Assembly (NCBI GenBank): GCA_035708905.1
Contig: DASTFE010000176.1
Coordinates: 1 to 54,143 of the forward strand
Direction: 5' to 3'
From: Acidimicrobiales bacterium
GTDB taxonomy: Bacteria; Actinomycetota; Acidimicrobiia; Acidimicrobiales; VFJN01
Length of the DNA: 54,143 nucleotides
Below the pieces are notes generated by a model, which saw nothing but the letters and a program-made list of their open reading frames with translations, did no database searches and had not been told where the DNA came from. Positions 1-8,083 of this stretch are shown one piece after another. Every line of letters starts with the position of its first letter. Position 1 is the first letter of the stretch. The position numbers were made by a program, and so were the translations under genes.

Positions 1-510
1 GCCGGCATCGGCGCGGCGGTGCTCGTAGCCGGTGCCGTCCACGTCATCGACGGCGACGGCACGCCGGGCGGCTCGTCCGGAGGCTACGAGCTGGGCCCAC
101 CGGGCGACGCGGGCGGCGGCGTGCCCGGCGGTGACGACGGCGACGAGCGACCGGCGGGTGACCCTCTGGTCAACGTGCTGGGGGCCCGGCCCGCCGGGTC
201 GCCGTCCGCCGGTGCCGGGGCGGACTCGACCGGCGCGAGCGGGTCGGGCGTGGCGGGAGCCGGGGCCCTGGGTGGCACCGCGCCGGCGGCAGGTGGCTCG
301 ACCGACGACCCGCCTGGTGGGGCCCCGGTGCCCGGCACGGCCACAGGAGCGCCGACGACGGCGCCCGGCGAGCCGTCGTTCGGCTCGGCGCCGCCGCCCA
401 GCACGACCACCACCCAGGCTCCGGCCGATCCCGGCGACGGCGACGGCGGGCACGGCGACGGGAGCAGTGGCGTGCTCGGCCACCTGCTCGACGTGCTCGG
501 GCTGGGGTGA
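1..510 (+). CDS. Partial hypothetical protein, 5' end cut by the window edge. A hydrophobic segment is followed by a Gly/Pro/Ala/Thr-rich low-complexity tail.
   Basis: Frame 1 is open from nt 1 (AGIGAAVLVAGAVHV...) to TGA at 508-510. GC3 bias is strong. No recognisable catalytic motif. Confidence 0.4.
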   Translation, partial: AGIGAAVLVAGAVHVIDGDGTPGGSSGGYELGPPGDAGGGVPGGDDGDERPAGDPLVNVLGARPAGSPSAGAGADSTGASGSGVAGAGALGGTAPAAGGSTDDPPGGAPVPGTATGAPTTAPGEPSFGSAPPPSTTTTQAPADPGDGDGGHGDGSSGVLGHLLDVLGLG

Positions 511-511
511 T

Positions 512-536
512 CGGCTGGGGCCGGCCACCCCAGCCG
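512..536. terminator. GC-rich hairpin between convergent genes; putative bidirectional terminator.
   Basis: The stem (C)GGCTGGGG at 512-520 pairs with CCCCAGCC(G) at 528-536, with loop CCGGCCA. It lies between stop codons at 508-510 (+) and 539-541 (-). Confidence 0.45.
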
Positions 537-538
537 GG

Positions 539-1135
539 TCAGCCGACCTCGACCGCCTGGTCGGCGGGGCGATCGGGTCGGCTGGTGCGCACGTCGTCGA
601 CGGTCACGTTCACCTCGACGACCTTGAGCCCCAGCATCCGCTGGGTCTTGCGCGCCACGTTGAGCTGCACCTGACGGGCGACCTCGAGGACGACGTGGCC
701 GAACTCGACCATGATCGTCACGCTGATCACCACCTCGTTGCCCTTGACGTCGGCCTTGATGCCCTGGTCGCCGCGCTTGTTGCCGATGCCGATGCGCTCG
801 CGGACGCTCTCGATGGCCCGGGCGAAGTCGCCCCCCACGTCGGCCACGCCTTCGACCTCGACGGCCGCCAGGCCGGCGACCTTCTCGACCACCTCGTCGG
901 CGATGTGGATGCGCCCCTTCACCTCGGGGACCGGGCGGGGCTGCTCGGGCCCGCGGGCGGTGTCGGGACGGCCGGCCTCGGCGCGGCCGGCCTCGGGGCG
1001 ACCGGGTGCGAAGCGCGGTGCGCCGCCCACGGGACCGGGCGCCGGCCCCGACTCGGCGGCGGGCGCCAGGTGGGCGCCCTCGTTCCGGGGCGGGAAGGGC
1101 GCGGGGCCGTTCGCCGGCGATGGGTTGTCGGCCAT
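539..1135 (-). CDS. Asp23/Gls24-family alkaline shock (stress) protein with a Pro/Ala/Gly-rich N-terminal extension.
   Basis: ORF 539..1618(-) is trimmed to the ATG at 1135 (MADNPSP...). The C-terminal ~130 aa read GRIHIADEVVEKVAGLAAVEVEGV...VVISVTIMVEFG...KVVEVNVTVDDV, which is typical of the Asp23 fold. Confidence 0.85.
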   Translation of the reverse strand: MADNPSPANGPAPFPPRNEGAHLAPAAESGPAPGPVGGAPRFAPGRPEAGRAEAGRPDTARGPEQPRPVPEVKGRIHIADEVVEKVAGLAAVEVEGVADVGGDFARAIESVRERIGIGNKRGDQGIKADVKGNEVVISVTIMVEFGHVVLEVARQVQLNVARKTQRMLGLKVVEVNVTVDDVRTSRPDRPADQAVEVG

Positions 1136-1255
1136 GAAGTCGGACAACTGTGCCTCCTCGTCGCAACGGGCCCATCCTGGCCGAAGTGTCAAGGGTCGTG
1201 CCGCCGGCCGGGTCGGCCATGATGCAGGGCGACGACCGAACCGGAGGACCGCCCG

Positions 1256-2287
1256 ATGAAGTACCGCACGCTCGGCCGCACCGGCCTCAAGGTCAGCCCG
1301 CTCTGCCTCGGCGCGATGATGTTCGGCGGCTGGGGCAACCGCGATCACGACGACTCGGTCAGGATCATCCACGCGGCCCTCGACGCCGGCATCAACTTCG
1401 TCGACACGGCCGACGTGTACTCGGCGGGCGAGTCCGAGGAGATCGTGGGCAAGGCGATCGCCGGGCGCCGCGACGACGTGGTGGTGGCCACCAAGTTCCA
1501 CGGCCCGATGGGCACCGACCCCAACCGGCAGGGCAACTCGCGGCGCTGGATCATGCGGGCGTGCGAGGACAGCCTCCGCCGACTCGGCACCGATCACATC
1601 GACCTGTACCAGGTCCACCGGCCCGAGCCGGGCACCGACATCGACGAGACGCTCGGTGCCCTGACCGACCTCGTGCGCCAGGGCAAGGTGCGGTACCTCG
1701 GCAGCTCGACGTTCCCCCCGTCGGCGGTGGTCGAGGCCCAGTGGGCCGCCGAGCGCCGCAACCTCGAGCGCTTCGTGTGCGAGCAGCCGCCGTACTCGAT
1801 GCTGGTGCGGGGCGTCGAGAGCGAGCTGCTACCCACCTGCGAACGCCACGGCATGGGGGTCATCGCCTGGAGCCCACTGGCGGGCGGGTGGCTGTCGGGC
1901 CGCTGGCGCAAGGGGGTCGACGGCCTGACGAGCCGACGGGCCGAGCGCATTCCGGACCGGTACGACCTGTCGAAGCCCGAGAACCAGGCCAAGCTCGACG
2001 CCACCGAGGAGCTGGCGGTGCTGGCCGAGCAGAACGACCTGAGCCTCATCCACCTGGCGCTGGCGTTCGTCATCAACCACCCCGCCGTTACCGCCGCCAT
2101 CATCGGGCCCCGCACGGGCGAGCACCTCGAATCGCAGCTGGACGCCGCGGACGTGGTGCTGAGCGACGACGTGCTCGACCGCATCGACGAGATCGTGCGC
2201 CCGGGCACGAACTTCAGCTGGGCGGACGCCGGCTACCTGCCGCCGGCCGTCGCCAGCTCCTGGCGGCGCCGCCGAGCCCGGCACTGA
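1256..2287 (+). CDS. Aldo/keto reductase family oxidoreductase.
   Basis: MKYRTLGRTGLKVSPLCLGAMMFGG...INFVDTADVYSAGESEEIVGKA...DLYQVHRPE...IGPRT. GGAGG RBS at 1243-1247. Confidence 0.9.
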   Translation: MKYRTLGRTGLKVSPLCLGAMMFGGWGNRDHDDSVRIIHAALDAGINFVDTADVYSAGESEEIVGKAIAGRRDDVVVATKFHGPMGTDPNRQGNSRRWIMRACEDSLRRLGTDHIDLYQVHRPEPGTDIDETLGALTDLVRQGKVRYLGSSTFPPSAVVEAQWAAERRNLERFVCEQPPYSMLVRGVESELLPTCERHGMGVIAWSPLAGGWLSGRWRKGVDGLTSRRAERIPDRYDLSKPENQAKLDATEELAVLAEQNDLSLIHLALAFVINHPAVTAAIIGPRTGEHLESQLDAADVVLSDDVLDRIDEIVRPGTNFSWADAGYLPPAVASSWRRRRARH

Positions 2288-2293
2288 TCCGGT

Positions 2294-2317
2294 AGTTTGA
2301 CAGCATGCTGTCAAACT
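2294..2317. promoter_or_regulatory. Perfect 24-bp AT-rich palindrome; putative operator, probably for the co-operonic MarR.
   Basis: AGTTTGACAGCATGCTGTCAAACT equals its own reverse complement. It is ~42% GC in a >70% GC context. Its central GCATGC contains the ATG (2305) of the next gene. Confidence 0.55.
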
Positions 2318-2811
2318 TCCTCGCGGCCTTCGGGGCCGACGGCCCGGCATCCGGCCTGGGCGACCGGCTCCACCTGTTCGGCCAGTTCGTCGGTTCGTGG
2401 GACCTGACCGTCACCGACATCGCGCCCGACGGCACCGAGACCACCCGGCCCGGAGAGTGGCACTTCGGATGGGCCCTCGCGGGCCGGGCCGTCGCCGACG
2501 TCTGGATCTGCCCCCGCCGCACGCGCGACGGCCGGTCGCCGGGCGAGCACGGCCTGAGCCTGCGGTTCTACGACGAGAGCCTGGGCGCATGGCGGTCGAC
2601 GTGGATGGGCCCGGGGCGGGGCATCGTCCGCCAGTTCGTCGCTCGACCGCAGGGCGACGGGATCGTGCTCGAGGGGCGCTTCGACGGCGTCGACACGCGG
2701 TGGTCGTTCGCGGACATCACCCCGAGCAGCTTCGCCTGGCGCAACGAGGAGTCGGTCGACGGCAAGCGCACCTGGCGGACGGTGCAACGGTTCGCGGCAC
2801 AGCGGGCGTGA
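2305..2811 (+). CDS. Conserved hypothetical small protein, tentatively a DUF1579/lipocalin-like beta-barrel.
   Basis: 168-aa ORF with good GC3 bias. W/G-rich pattern (GEWHFGWAL...VWICP...LRFYDESLGAWRSTW...FAWRNEESVDGKRTW). Its stop overlaps the MarR start (GTGA). Confidence 0.6.
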   Translation: MLSNFLAAFGADGPASGLGDRLHLFGQFVGSWDLTVTDIAPDGTETTRPGEWHFGWALAGRAVADVWICPRRTRDGRSPGEHGLSLRFYDESLGAWRSTWMGPGRGIVRQFVARPQGDGIVLEGRFDGVDTRWSFADITPSSFAWRNEESVDGKRTWRTVQRFAAQRA

Positions 2812-3287
2812 CCGGCGAACCGGCAGAGCCGGGCGACCCGACCTCCGCACGTGACGACCTGGCCGCGGCGTACCGGCTGCTGATCGCCGACGTCTACGAG
2901 TTGGCCGGCGCCTCCCGCCGGACCAGCGAAGCCATGGCGGCGACGGTGGGACAGACCGTGGCCCGGTGGCACGTGCTCAGCGTGATCTCCGACGGCCCCC
3001 GGTCGGTGGCCAGCGCCGCCCGCCGCCTCGGCCTGGCCCGCCAGAGCGTGCAGCGGGTGGCCGATCGGCTGGTGGCCGAGGGTCTGGTCGTGATCGAGCC
3101 CGATCCCGCCGACGCCCGGGCGCCCCGGCTGGCGTTGACCCGCCCTGGGCGCCGCGTGCTCGACGGCCTGGTCGAGCGGTCCGACGCTGCGCGGTCGGTC
3201 CAGCTGGCGGGCGCGGACGTCACGGTCGCCGACCTGCACGCCGCCCGGCGGGTCGTGCGCGAGTTGCGCCGGGTCCTCGACGGCTGA
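2808..3287 (+). CDS. MarR-family transcriptional regulator.
   Basis: GTG at 2808 overlaps TGA at 2809-2811 of the upstream gene. Winged-HTH segment: VARWHVLSVISDGPRSVASAARRLGLARQSVQRVADRLVAEGLVVIEPDPADARAPRLALTRPG. Confidence 0.85.
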   Translation: MTGEPAEPGDPTSARDDLAAAYRLLIADVYELAGASRRTSEAMAATVGQTVARWHVLSVISDGPRSVASAARRLGLARQSVQRVADRLVAEGLVVIEPDPADARAPRLALTRPGRRVLDGLVERSDAARSVQLAGADVTVADLHAARRVVRELRRVLDG

Positions 3288-3308
3288 GCAGGTCAGAGCC
3301 GCGGCGGA

Positions 3309-3324
3309 ATACCCATAGGGGTAT
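3309..3324. promoter_or_regulatory. CsoR/CstR-family type operator (TACCC-N4-GGGTA) upstream of the thioredoxin gene.
   Basis: ATACCCATAGGGGTAT has the same architecture as the two sites at 3753-3790 upstream of the CsoR-family gene. Confidence 0.5.
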
Positions 3325-3336
3325 ATCTGTAGCACC

Positions 3337-3735
3337 ATGTCGACCGCCGAGGATGGGAGGCGCCCAGTGGGCACCGTGAACCTGACCGAATCGACCTTCG
3401 AATCGACCGTGACCGGCAACGACATCGTCTTCGTGGACTGGTGGGCATCGTGGTGCGGGCCCTGCCGCGCCTTCGCCCCCGTGTTCGAGGCGGCGGCCGC
3501 CGCGAACGACGACATCGTGTTCGCCAAGGTGGACACCGAGGCCGAGCGGAACCTGGCGGGGAGCGCCGGGATCATGTCGATCCCCACCCTGATGATCTTC
3601 CGCGAGGGCGTCCTGGTGTTCTCGCAGCCCGGCGCCCTGCCGGCGGCTGCGCTCGACGACCTCATCTCGCAGGTGCGCGCCCTCGACATGGCAGAGGTGC
3701 ACAAGGCGGTGGCCGCGCAGGGTGCGGCCCGGTGA
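3337..3735 (+). CDS. trxA: Thioredoxin.
   Basis: WCGPC active site (FVDWWASWCGPCRAFAP) and the cis-Pro region SIPTLMIF. An alternative and perhaps better start is GTG at 3367, preceded by GGGAGG at 3355-3360. Confidence 0.9.
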   Translation: MSTAEDGRRPVGTVNLTESTFESTVTGNDIVFVDWWASWCGPCRAFAPVFEAAAAANDDIVFAKVDTEAERNLAGSAGIMSIPTLMIFREGVLVFSQPGALPAAALDDLISQVRALDMAEVHKAVAAQGAAR

Positions 3736-3752
3736 CCCAGCGTCAGTCGGCG

Positions 3753-3790
3753 GTACCCCCGGGGGTAGAAGTGGACACCCCCGGGGGTAC
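3753..3790. promoter_or_regulatory. Two tandem CsoR/CstR-type operators.
   Basis: GTACCCCCGGGGGTA (3753-3767; the palindromic core TACCCCCGGGGGTA is 3754-3767) and CACCCCCGGGGGTAC (3776-3790). They lie 37-74 nt upstream of the CsoR-family gene. Confidence 0.6.
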
Positions 3791-3826
3791 CCGCTAGGGT
3801 GAGTCGAGCCGACTGCCGGAGTGACG

Positions 3827-4096
3827 ATGGACCTGCCTGACGAGACGATCGCAGAACTGACCCGCCGACTACGCCGGGTCGAGGGCCAGGCCCGCGGCAT
3901 CCAGCAGATGCTGGCCGACGGTCGCGACTGCCGCGACGTGGTCACGCAGATCTCCGCCGCCACCCGGGCGCTCGAGCAGACCGGCTTCCTGCTGGTGGCG
4001 GCCGGGCTGCGGTGGTGCCTCGACAACCCCGAGCAGTCCGAGGCCGAGGGCCTCGGCGTCGACGAGGTCCAGAAGATGTTCCTCAAGCTGAGCTGA
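3827..4096 (+). CDS. CsoR/RcnR-family (DUF156) repressor with a CstR-like two-Cys fingerprint; candidate persulfide sensor.
   Basis: LTRRLRRVEGQARGIQQML...GRDCRDVVTQISAATRALE...LRWCLDNP. Cys37 and Cys66 (numbered from the GTG at 3821) are present, but Gly replaces the Cu-ligand His four residues before the second Cys. ATG at 3827 has GGAG 5 nt upstream; GTG at 3821 is an alternative start. Confidence 0.85.
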   Translation: MDLPDETIAELTRRLRRVEGQARGIQQMLADGRDCRDVVTQISAATRALEQTGFLLVAAGLRWCLDNPEQSEAEGLGVDEVQKMFLKLS

Positions 4097-4165
4097 CCCT
4101 TTCCCGTGCCGACAAAGTCCGGACAATCGGACCTTCACCACCCCCGACCCAGGAGTCCCAGACCG

Positions 4166-5548
4166 ATGAAGTTCGAGCAGTACTACCTCGAGTGCCTGTC
4201 CCACGCGTCGTATCTCGTGGGCGACGAGACCACCGGCGTCGCCGCGGTGATCGACCCCCGGCGTGACGTCGCCGAGTACATCGCCGACGCCGAGGCGGCA
4301 GGGTTGCGGATCGCGTACGTCATCGAGACGCACTTCCACGCCGACTTCCTGTCCGGCCACCTCGAGCTGGCCGAGGCCACGGGCGCGGAGATCGTGTTCG
4401 GCGCCGCGGCCGCACCGGAGTTCCCGGCCCGCCTCGTCGAGGACGGCGAGCGCATCTCGCTCGGCGACGTCGTCCTCGAGTTCCGGGCGACGCCCGGCCA
4501 CACCCCCGAGTCGACGTCCGTGGTCGTCTGGGAGCACGCCGACGACGCCGAGCCGTGGGGCGTGCTGACCGGCGACACGCTGTTCATCGGCGACGTCGGC
4601 CGGCCCGACCTGCTCGCCTCGATCGGCGTGACCGCCGACGAGCTGGGCTCGATGCTCTACGACTCGCTGCGGCACAAGCTGCTCACACTGCCCGACGCCA
4701 CCAAGGTCTGGCCGGCCCACGGCGCGGGCTCGGCCTGCGGCAAGAACCTGTCGACGGCCACCGTGTCGACGATCGGTGAGCAGCGCCGCGAGAACTACGC
4801 CCTGCAGCCCATGAGCCGTGACCGCTTCGTCGCCATGGTGACCGAGGGCCAGCCCGCCGCGCCCGACTACTTCGTGCACGACGCCATCCTCAACCGCAAG
4901 GCGCGGGGCCTGCTCGACGAGGCGGCCCCGCGGGCCATGACCTACGCAGAGGTCGAGGCGGCCCGGCAGGGCGGCGCCGTCGTCGTCGACGTGCGCGACG
5001 CCACCGCCTTCGCGGCCGGCCACCTCGCGGGCTCGGTCAACGTCGGGCTCGACGGGCGCTTCGCCGAGTACGCCGGCGAGGTCGCGGACCCGGGCGACGA
5101 GATCGTCGTGGCCGCGACCGACAGCGACATGGCCGCCGAGGCCAAGATCCGCCTCGGTCGCATCGGCTTCGACCGGGTGGTCGGCGCCCTCCACGACGTC
5201 GAGGGTGCGCTGGCCGCCCACCCCGAGGCCGCCCGTCGCTCGTCCCGGCTCACCGTCGCCGAGCTGGCCGACCGGATGGACGACACGCCCGGCCTCCAGG
5301 TCGTCGACGTCCGCAACCCCGGCGAGGCCGCGCTCGGCATGATCGACGGCGCGGTCAACATCCCGCTCGCGGCCCTGCGGCGGCAGGTGGGCGAGCTGGA
5401 CCTCGACCGCCCGATCGTCGTGCACTGCGCCGGCGGCTACCGCTCGTCCATCGGGGCGAGCTGGCTGCGCTCGGTCGGCGCCGCCGACGTGTCCGACCTG
5501 CTGGGCGGCTACAGCGCCTGGTCGGACCGGACGCCCGCCGCCCTCTGA
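4166..5548 (+). CDS. Persulfide dioxygenase (MBL fold) fused to two rhodanese domains; CstB-like.
   Basis: ETHFHADFLSG metal motif and TPGHTPES. The C-terminal rhodanese domains end in the active-site loop VVHCAGGYRSS. ATG at 4166 with AGGAG at 4151-4155. Confidence 0.9.
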   Translation: MKFEQYYLECLSHASYLVGDETTGVAAVIDPRRDVAEYIADAEAAGLRIAYVIETHFHADFLSGHLELAEATGAEIVFGAAAAPEFPARLVEDGERISLGDVVLEFRATPGHTPESTSVVVWEHADDAEPWGVLTGDTLFIGDVGRPDLLASIGVTADELGSMLYDSLRHKLLTLPDATKVWPAHGAGSACGKNLSTATVSTIGEQRRENYALQPMSRDRFVAMVTEGQPAAPDYFVHDAILNRKARGLLDEAAPRAMTYAEVEAARQGGAVVVDVRDATAFAAGHLAGSVNVGLDGRFAEYAGEVADPGDEIVVAATDSDMAAEAKIRLGRIGFDRVVGALHDVEGALAAHPEAARRSSRLTVAELADRMDDTPGLQVVDVRNPGEAALGMIDGAVNIPLAALRRQVGELDLDRPIVVHCAGGYRSSIGASWLRSVGAADVSDLLGGYSAWSDRTPAAL

Positions 5549-5676
5549 CCCACCCGCGGGCTCGGGCCGTCACCGCCGCGGCGACCCGGGCCCGCTCCGT
5601 ACATCCGGACGCGGCGTTCCGCGGGCCGCTCGTCCGCACCCGAACAGAACCATCGACATCCCACGAGGAGACACCA

Positions 5677-6258
5677 GTGACCACTCTCGACCGCCGCATC
5701 GACGCCGTCACCCTCGAGCGCCTGCTCGCCGAGGACGCCGACGTCCGGGTCCTCGACGTCCGCACGCCCGCCGAGTTCGAGTCCGCCCACATCCCCGGCG
5801 CCTACAACGTCCCGCTCGACACCCTCGGCGAGCACGCCGCCGAGCTCGAGCGGCACCTGAGCGAGCCGGTCATGCTCGTGTGCAAGTCGGGCACCCGGGC
5901 CAACCAGGCCTGCGAGAAGCTGGCCGCCACCGGCATGGCCAACCTGCACGTCCTCGACGGCGGCATGCAGTCGTGGGACGACGGCCGCCGCCCGGTGCGC
6001 CGGGGCCGCCAGCGCTGGGACCTGGAGCGCCAGGTGCGCCTCGTCGCCGGCAGCCTGGTGCTCGCGGGCATCGCCGGCAGCGTGTTCGTGCCCGGCCTGA
6101 AGTACGTCTCGGGGTTCGTCGGCGCCGGGCTGGCGTTCGCCGCCGTGACCAACACCTGCGCGATGGGCATGGCCCTGTCGAAGCTGCCCTACAACCGCGA
6201 CGCCGGCTGCGACGTCGAGGGCGTGGTGCGCGAGCTGACGGCCGCCAGCCGGAGCTGA
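5677..6258 (+). CDS. Rhodanese-domain sulfurtransferase fused to a DUF2892/YgaP-like membrane domain.
   Basis: LDVRTPAEFESAHIPGA...VMLVCKSGTRANQA (Cys-X4-Arg loop). The hydrophobic C-terminal half contains FAAVTNTCAMGMAL. GTG at 5677 with GAGGAG at 5665-5670. Confidence 0.85.
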   Translation: MTTLDRRIDAVTLERLLAEDADVRVLDVRTPAEFESAHIPGAYNVPLDTLGEHAAELERHLSEPVMLVCKSGTRANQACEKLAATGMANLHVLDGGMQSWDDGRRPVRRGRQRWDLERQVRLVAGSLVLAGIAGSVFVPGLKYVSGFVGAGLAFAAVTNTCAMGMALSKLPYNRDAGCDVEGVVRELTAASRS

Positions 6259-6259
6259 C

Positions 6260-8083
6260 GTGGCCGTGGCGACCGAACGACCGGGCGACGGGGCCCAGCC
6301 GGCAGCCGCCGGCGCGCGTCCCGCGTCGCCGGGCAGGCCGGCACGGCCGGGCCGGTCCGGCCGCGCCGGCCGTCTCGCACGGTTCATCCCGGCGCTGGGG
6401 TGGGCGCGCGGGTATCCGCGCCAACGGCTGCGGGGCGACGTGACCGCCGGCCTCACGGTGGCGGTGATGCTGATCCCGCAGGGCATGGCGTACGCCAGCC
6501 TCGCGGGCATGCCGCCCGTCACGGGTCTGTACGCCAGCATCGTCGGCATCGTGGCCTACGCCCTGCTGGGCACGAGCGGCTCGCTCGCGGTGGGCCCGGT
6601 CGCCATCACGTCACTGCTCACCGTCGAGGGGCTCGCCCGTGTCACCACACCGGGCGACCCCGCCTACCCGGCCATCGCCGCGCTGCTGGCCATGATGGTC
6701 GGCGGGCTGCTGCTCGTCCTCGGGCTGGCACGCCTGGGCGTGCTGGTCAATCTGCTGTCGCATCCCGTCATCAGCGGGTTCACCTCGGCCGCCGCCATCG
6801 TCATCGCCCTCAGCCAGGTCAAGGACCTGCTGGGCGTCGACATCGGCCGGCCCGACGGGGTCGTCGACACGGTCCGGGCCCTGGCGGAGAGCGTCGGCGA
6901 CACCAGCGCGGTCACGTTGGCGGTCGGCGCGCTCGCCGTCGCGGCGCTGGTCGCCGGGCGCCGGTACGCCCCCCGCTGGCCGACCGCCCTGGTGGTGGTC
7001 GTGGCCGGCATCCTGGCCACCTGGGGCCTGTCGCTGCACGAGCGGGGCATCGCCGTGCTGCGCGACGTGCCGTCCGGCCTGCCGACGCCGGCCCTGCCGG
7101 AGATGTCGACCGGCCTGCTCGGCGATCTCGCCCCTGTGGCCCTCACCATCGCCATCGTCGCCTTCGCCGAGGGGATCAGCGTGGCCAAGGCCATCGCCCG
7201 CAAGACCCGCGACGACGTCGACGCCAACCAGGAGCTGATCGCCACCGGCGCGGCCAACGCCGCCGCCGGCGCCTTCTCGGGCTTCCCGATCGCCGGCGGG
7301 TTCTCGCGCACTGCCGTCAACTTCCAGGCCGGCGCCCGCACCCCCCTGGCCAGCCTCGTCACCGCCGGGGTGCTGGCGGTCGCCGCGCTCTGGCTGACAC
7401 CGCTGTTCTACTACCTGCCCAAGGTCGTGCTGGCGGCCATCGTCGTGGTCGCCGTGCTGGGCCTGGTCGACGTCCGCGACGCGGTCGAGACGTTCCGCCT
7501 GCGACGCAGCGACGGCGCCACCCTCGCGGTCACTTTCCTGGCCACCTTGCTGATCGGGGTCGAGCCCGGTCTGGCCATCGGCGTCGTGTTCAGCCTGGCG
7601 GTGTTCATCTGGCGCAGCTCGAACCCCCACGCCACCGAGCTCGGCCGGGTGGTGGGCAGCAGCGAGTACCGCAACGTCGACCGGTGGCCGACCCGCACCG
7701 CCGACGACGTGGCCCTGCTGCGGGTGGACGGCCCGCTGTTCTTCGCCAACACCAAGCGCCTCGAGGACCGGGTCCAGGCCACCGTCGCCGACCGGCCGGA
7801 GGTGCGGGCCGTGATCCTCGACGCCTCGTCCACCACCGACATCGACGCCAGCGGCGCCCACGCCCTGCACGAGCTGTCGGCCGACCTCGACGCCGCCGGC
7901 ATCGCCCTGCACCTGGCGGTCGTGCGCGGGCCGGTCCGCGACGTGCTGGGCCGGGGCGGGTACTGGCGAGCGCTCGACGACCGCGTCCACCCGTCGGTCG
8001 CCGACGCCTGCGAAGCCGTGGCCCCGGGCAGCGTGCTGAGCCGCATCGCCGACGACGAGCCGAGGGACGTCCATGTCGTCTGA
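6260..8083 (+). CDS. SulP-family anion permease with a C-terminal STAS domain.
   Basis: GDVTAGLTVAVMLIPQGMAYASLAGMPPVTGLYAS... with multiple TM segments. STAS tail: LLRVDGPLFFANTKRLEDRV...VILDASSTTDIDASG. It starts 1 nt after the preceding stop. Confidence 0.9.
   Translation: MAVATERPGDGAQPAAAGARPASPGRPARPGRSGRAGRLARFIPALGWARGYPRQRLRGDVTAGLTVAVMLIPQGMAYASLAGMPPVTGLYASIVGIVAYALLGTSGSLAVGPVAITSLLTVEGLARVTTPGDPAYPAIAALLAMMVGGLLLVLGLARLGVLVNLLSHPVISGFTSAAAIVIALSQVKDLLGVDIGRPDGVVDTVRALAESVGDTSAVTLAVGALAVAALVAGRRYAPRWPTALVVVVAGILATWGLSLHERGIAVLRDVPSGLPTPALPEMSTGLLGDLAPVALTIAIVAFAEGISVAKAIARKTRDDVDANQELIATGAANAAAGAFSGFPIAGGFSRTAVNFQAGARTPLASLVTAGVLAVAALWLTPLFYYLPKVVLAAIVVVAVLGLVDVRDAVETFRLRRSDGATLAVTFLATLLIGVEPGLAIGVVFSLAVFIWRSSNPHATELGRVVGSSEYRNVDRWPTRTADDVALLRVDGPLFFANTKRLEDRVQATVADRPEVRAVILDASSTTDIDASGAHALHELSADLDAAGIALHLAVVRGPVRDVLGRGGYWRALDDRVHPSVADACEAVAPGSVLSRIADDEPRDVHVV

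Noticed and set aside
32-1222. Long overlapping ORFs (32..1222 +, 84..1220 -, 711..1259 +) across the Asp23 locus.
   Set aside because: Their translations are Arg/Pro/Gly-rich low-complexity strings with no motifs. They are typical off-frame or antisense open frames in stop-poor high-GC DNA. The Asp23 frame carries a clear domain.
4125-4139. CGGACCTTCACCACC upstream of the persulfide dioxygenase gene, which resembles the DosR-like box.
   Set aside because: Only the left half (GGACCTTC) matches and the right half-site GyCCC is missing. It lies 27 nt from the ATG, inside an operon already explained by CsoR-type operators.
3869-5425. 518-aa ORF antisense to the persulfide dioxygenase-rhodanese gene.
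   Set aside because: It is the antisense shadow of a gene with unambiguous MBL and rhodanese motifs, and its own translation has none.
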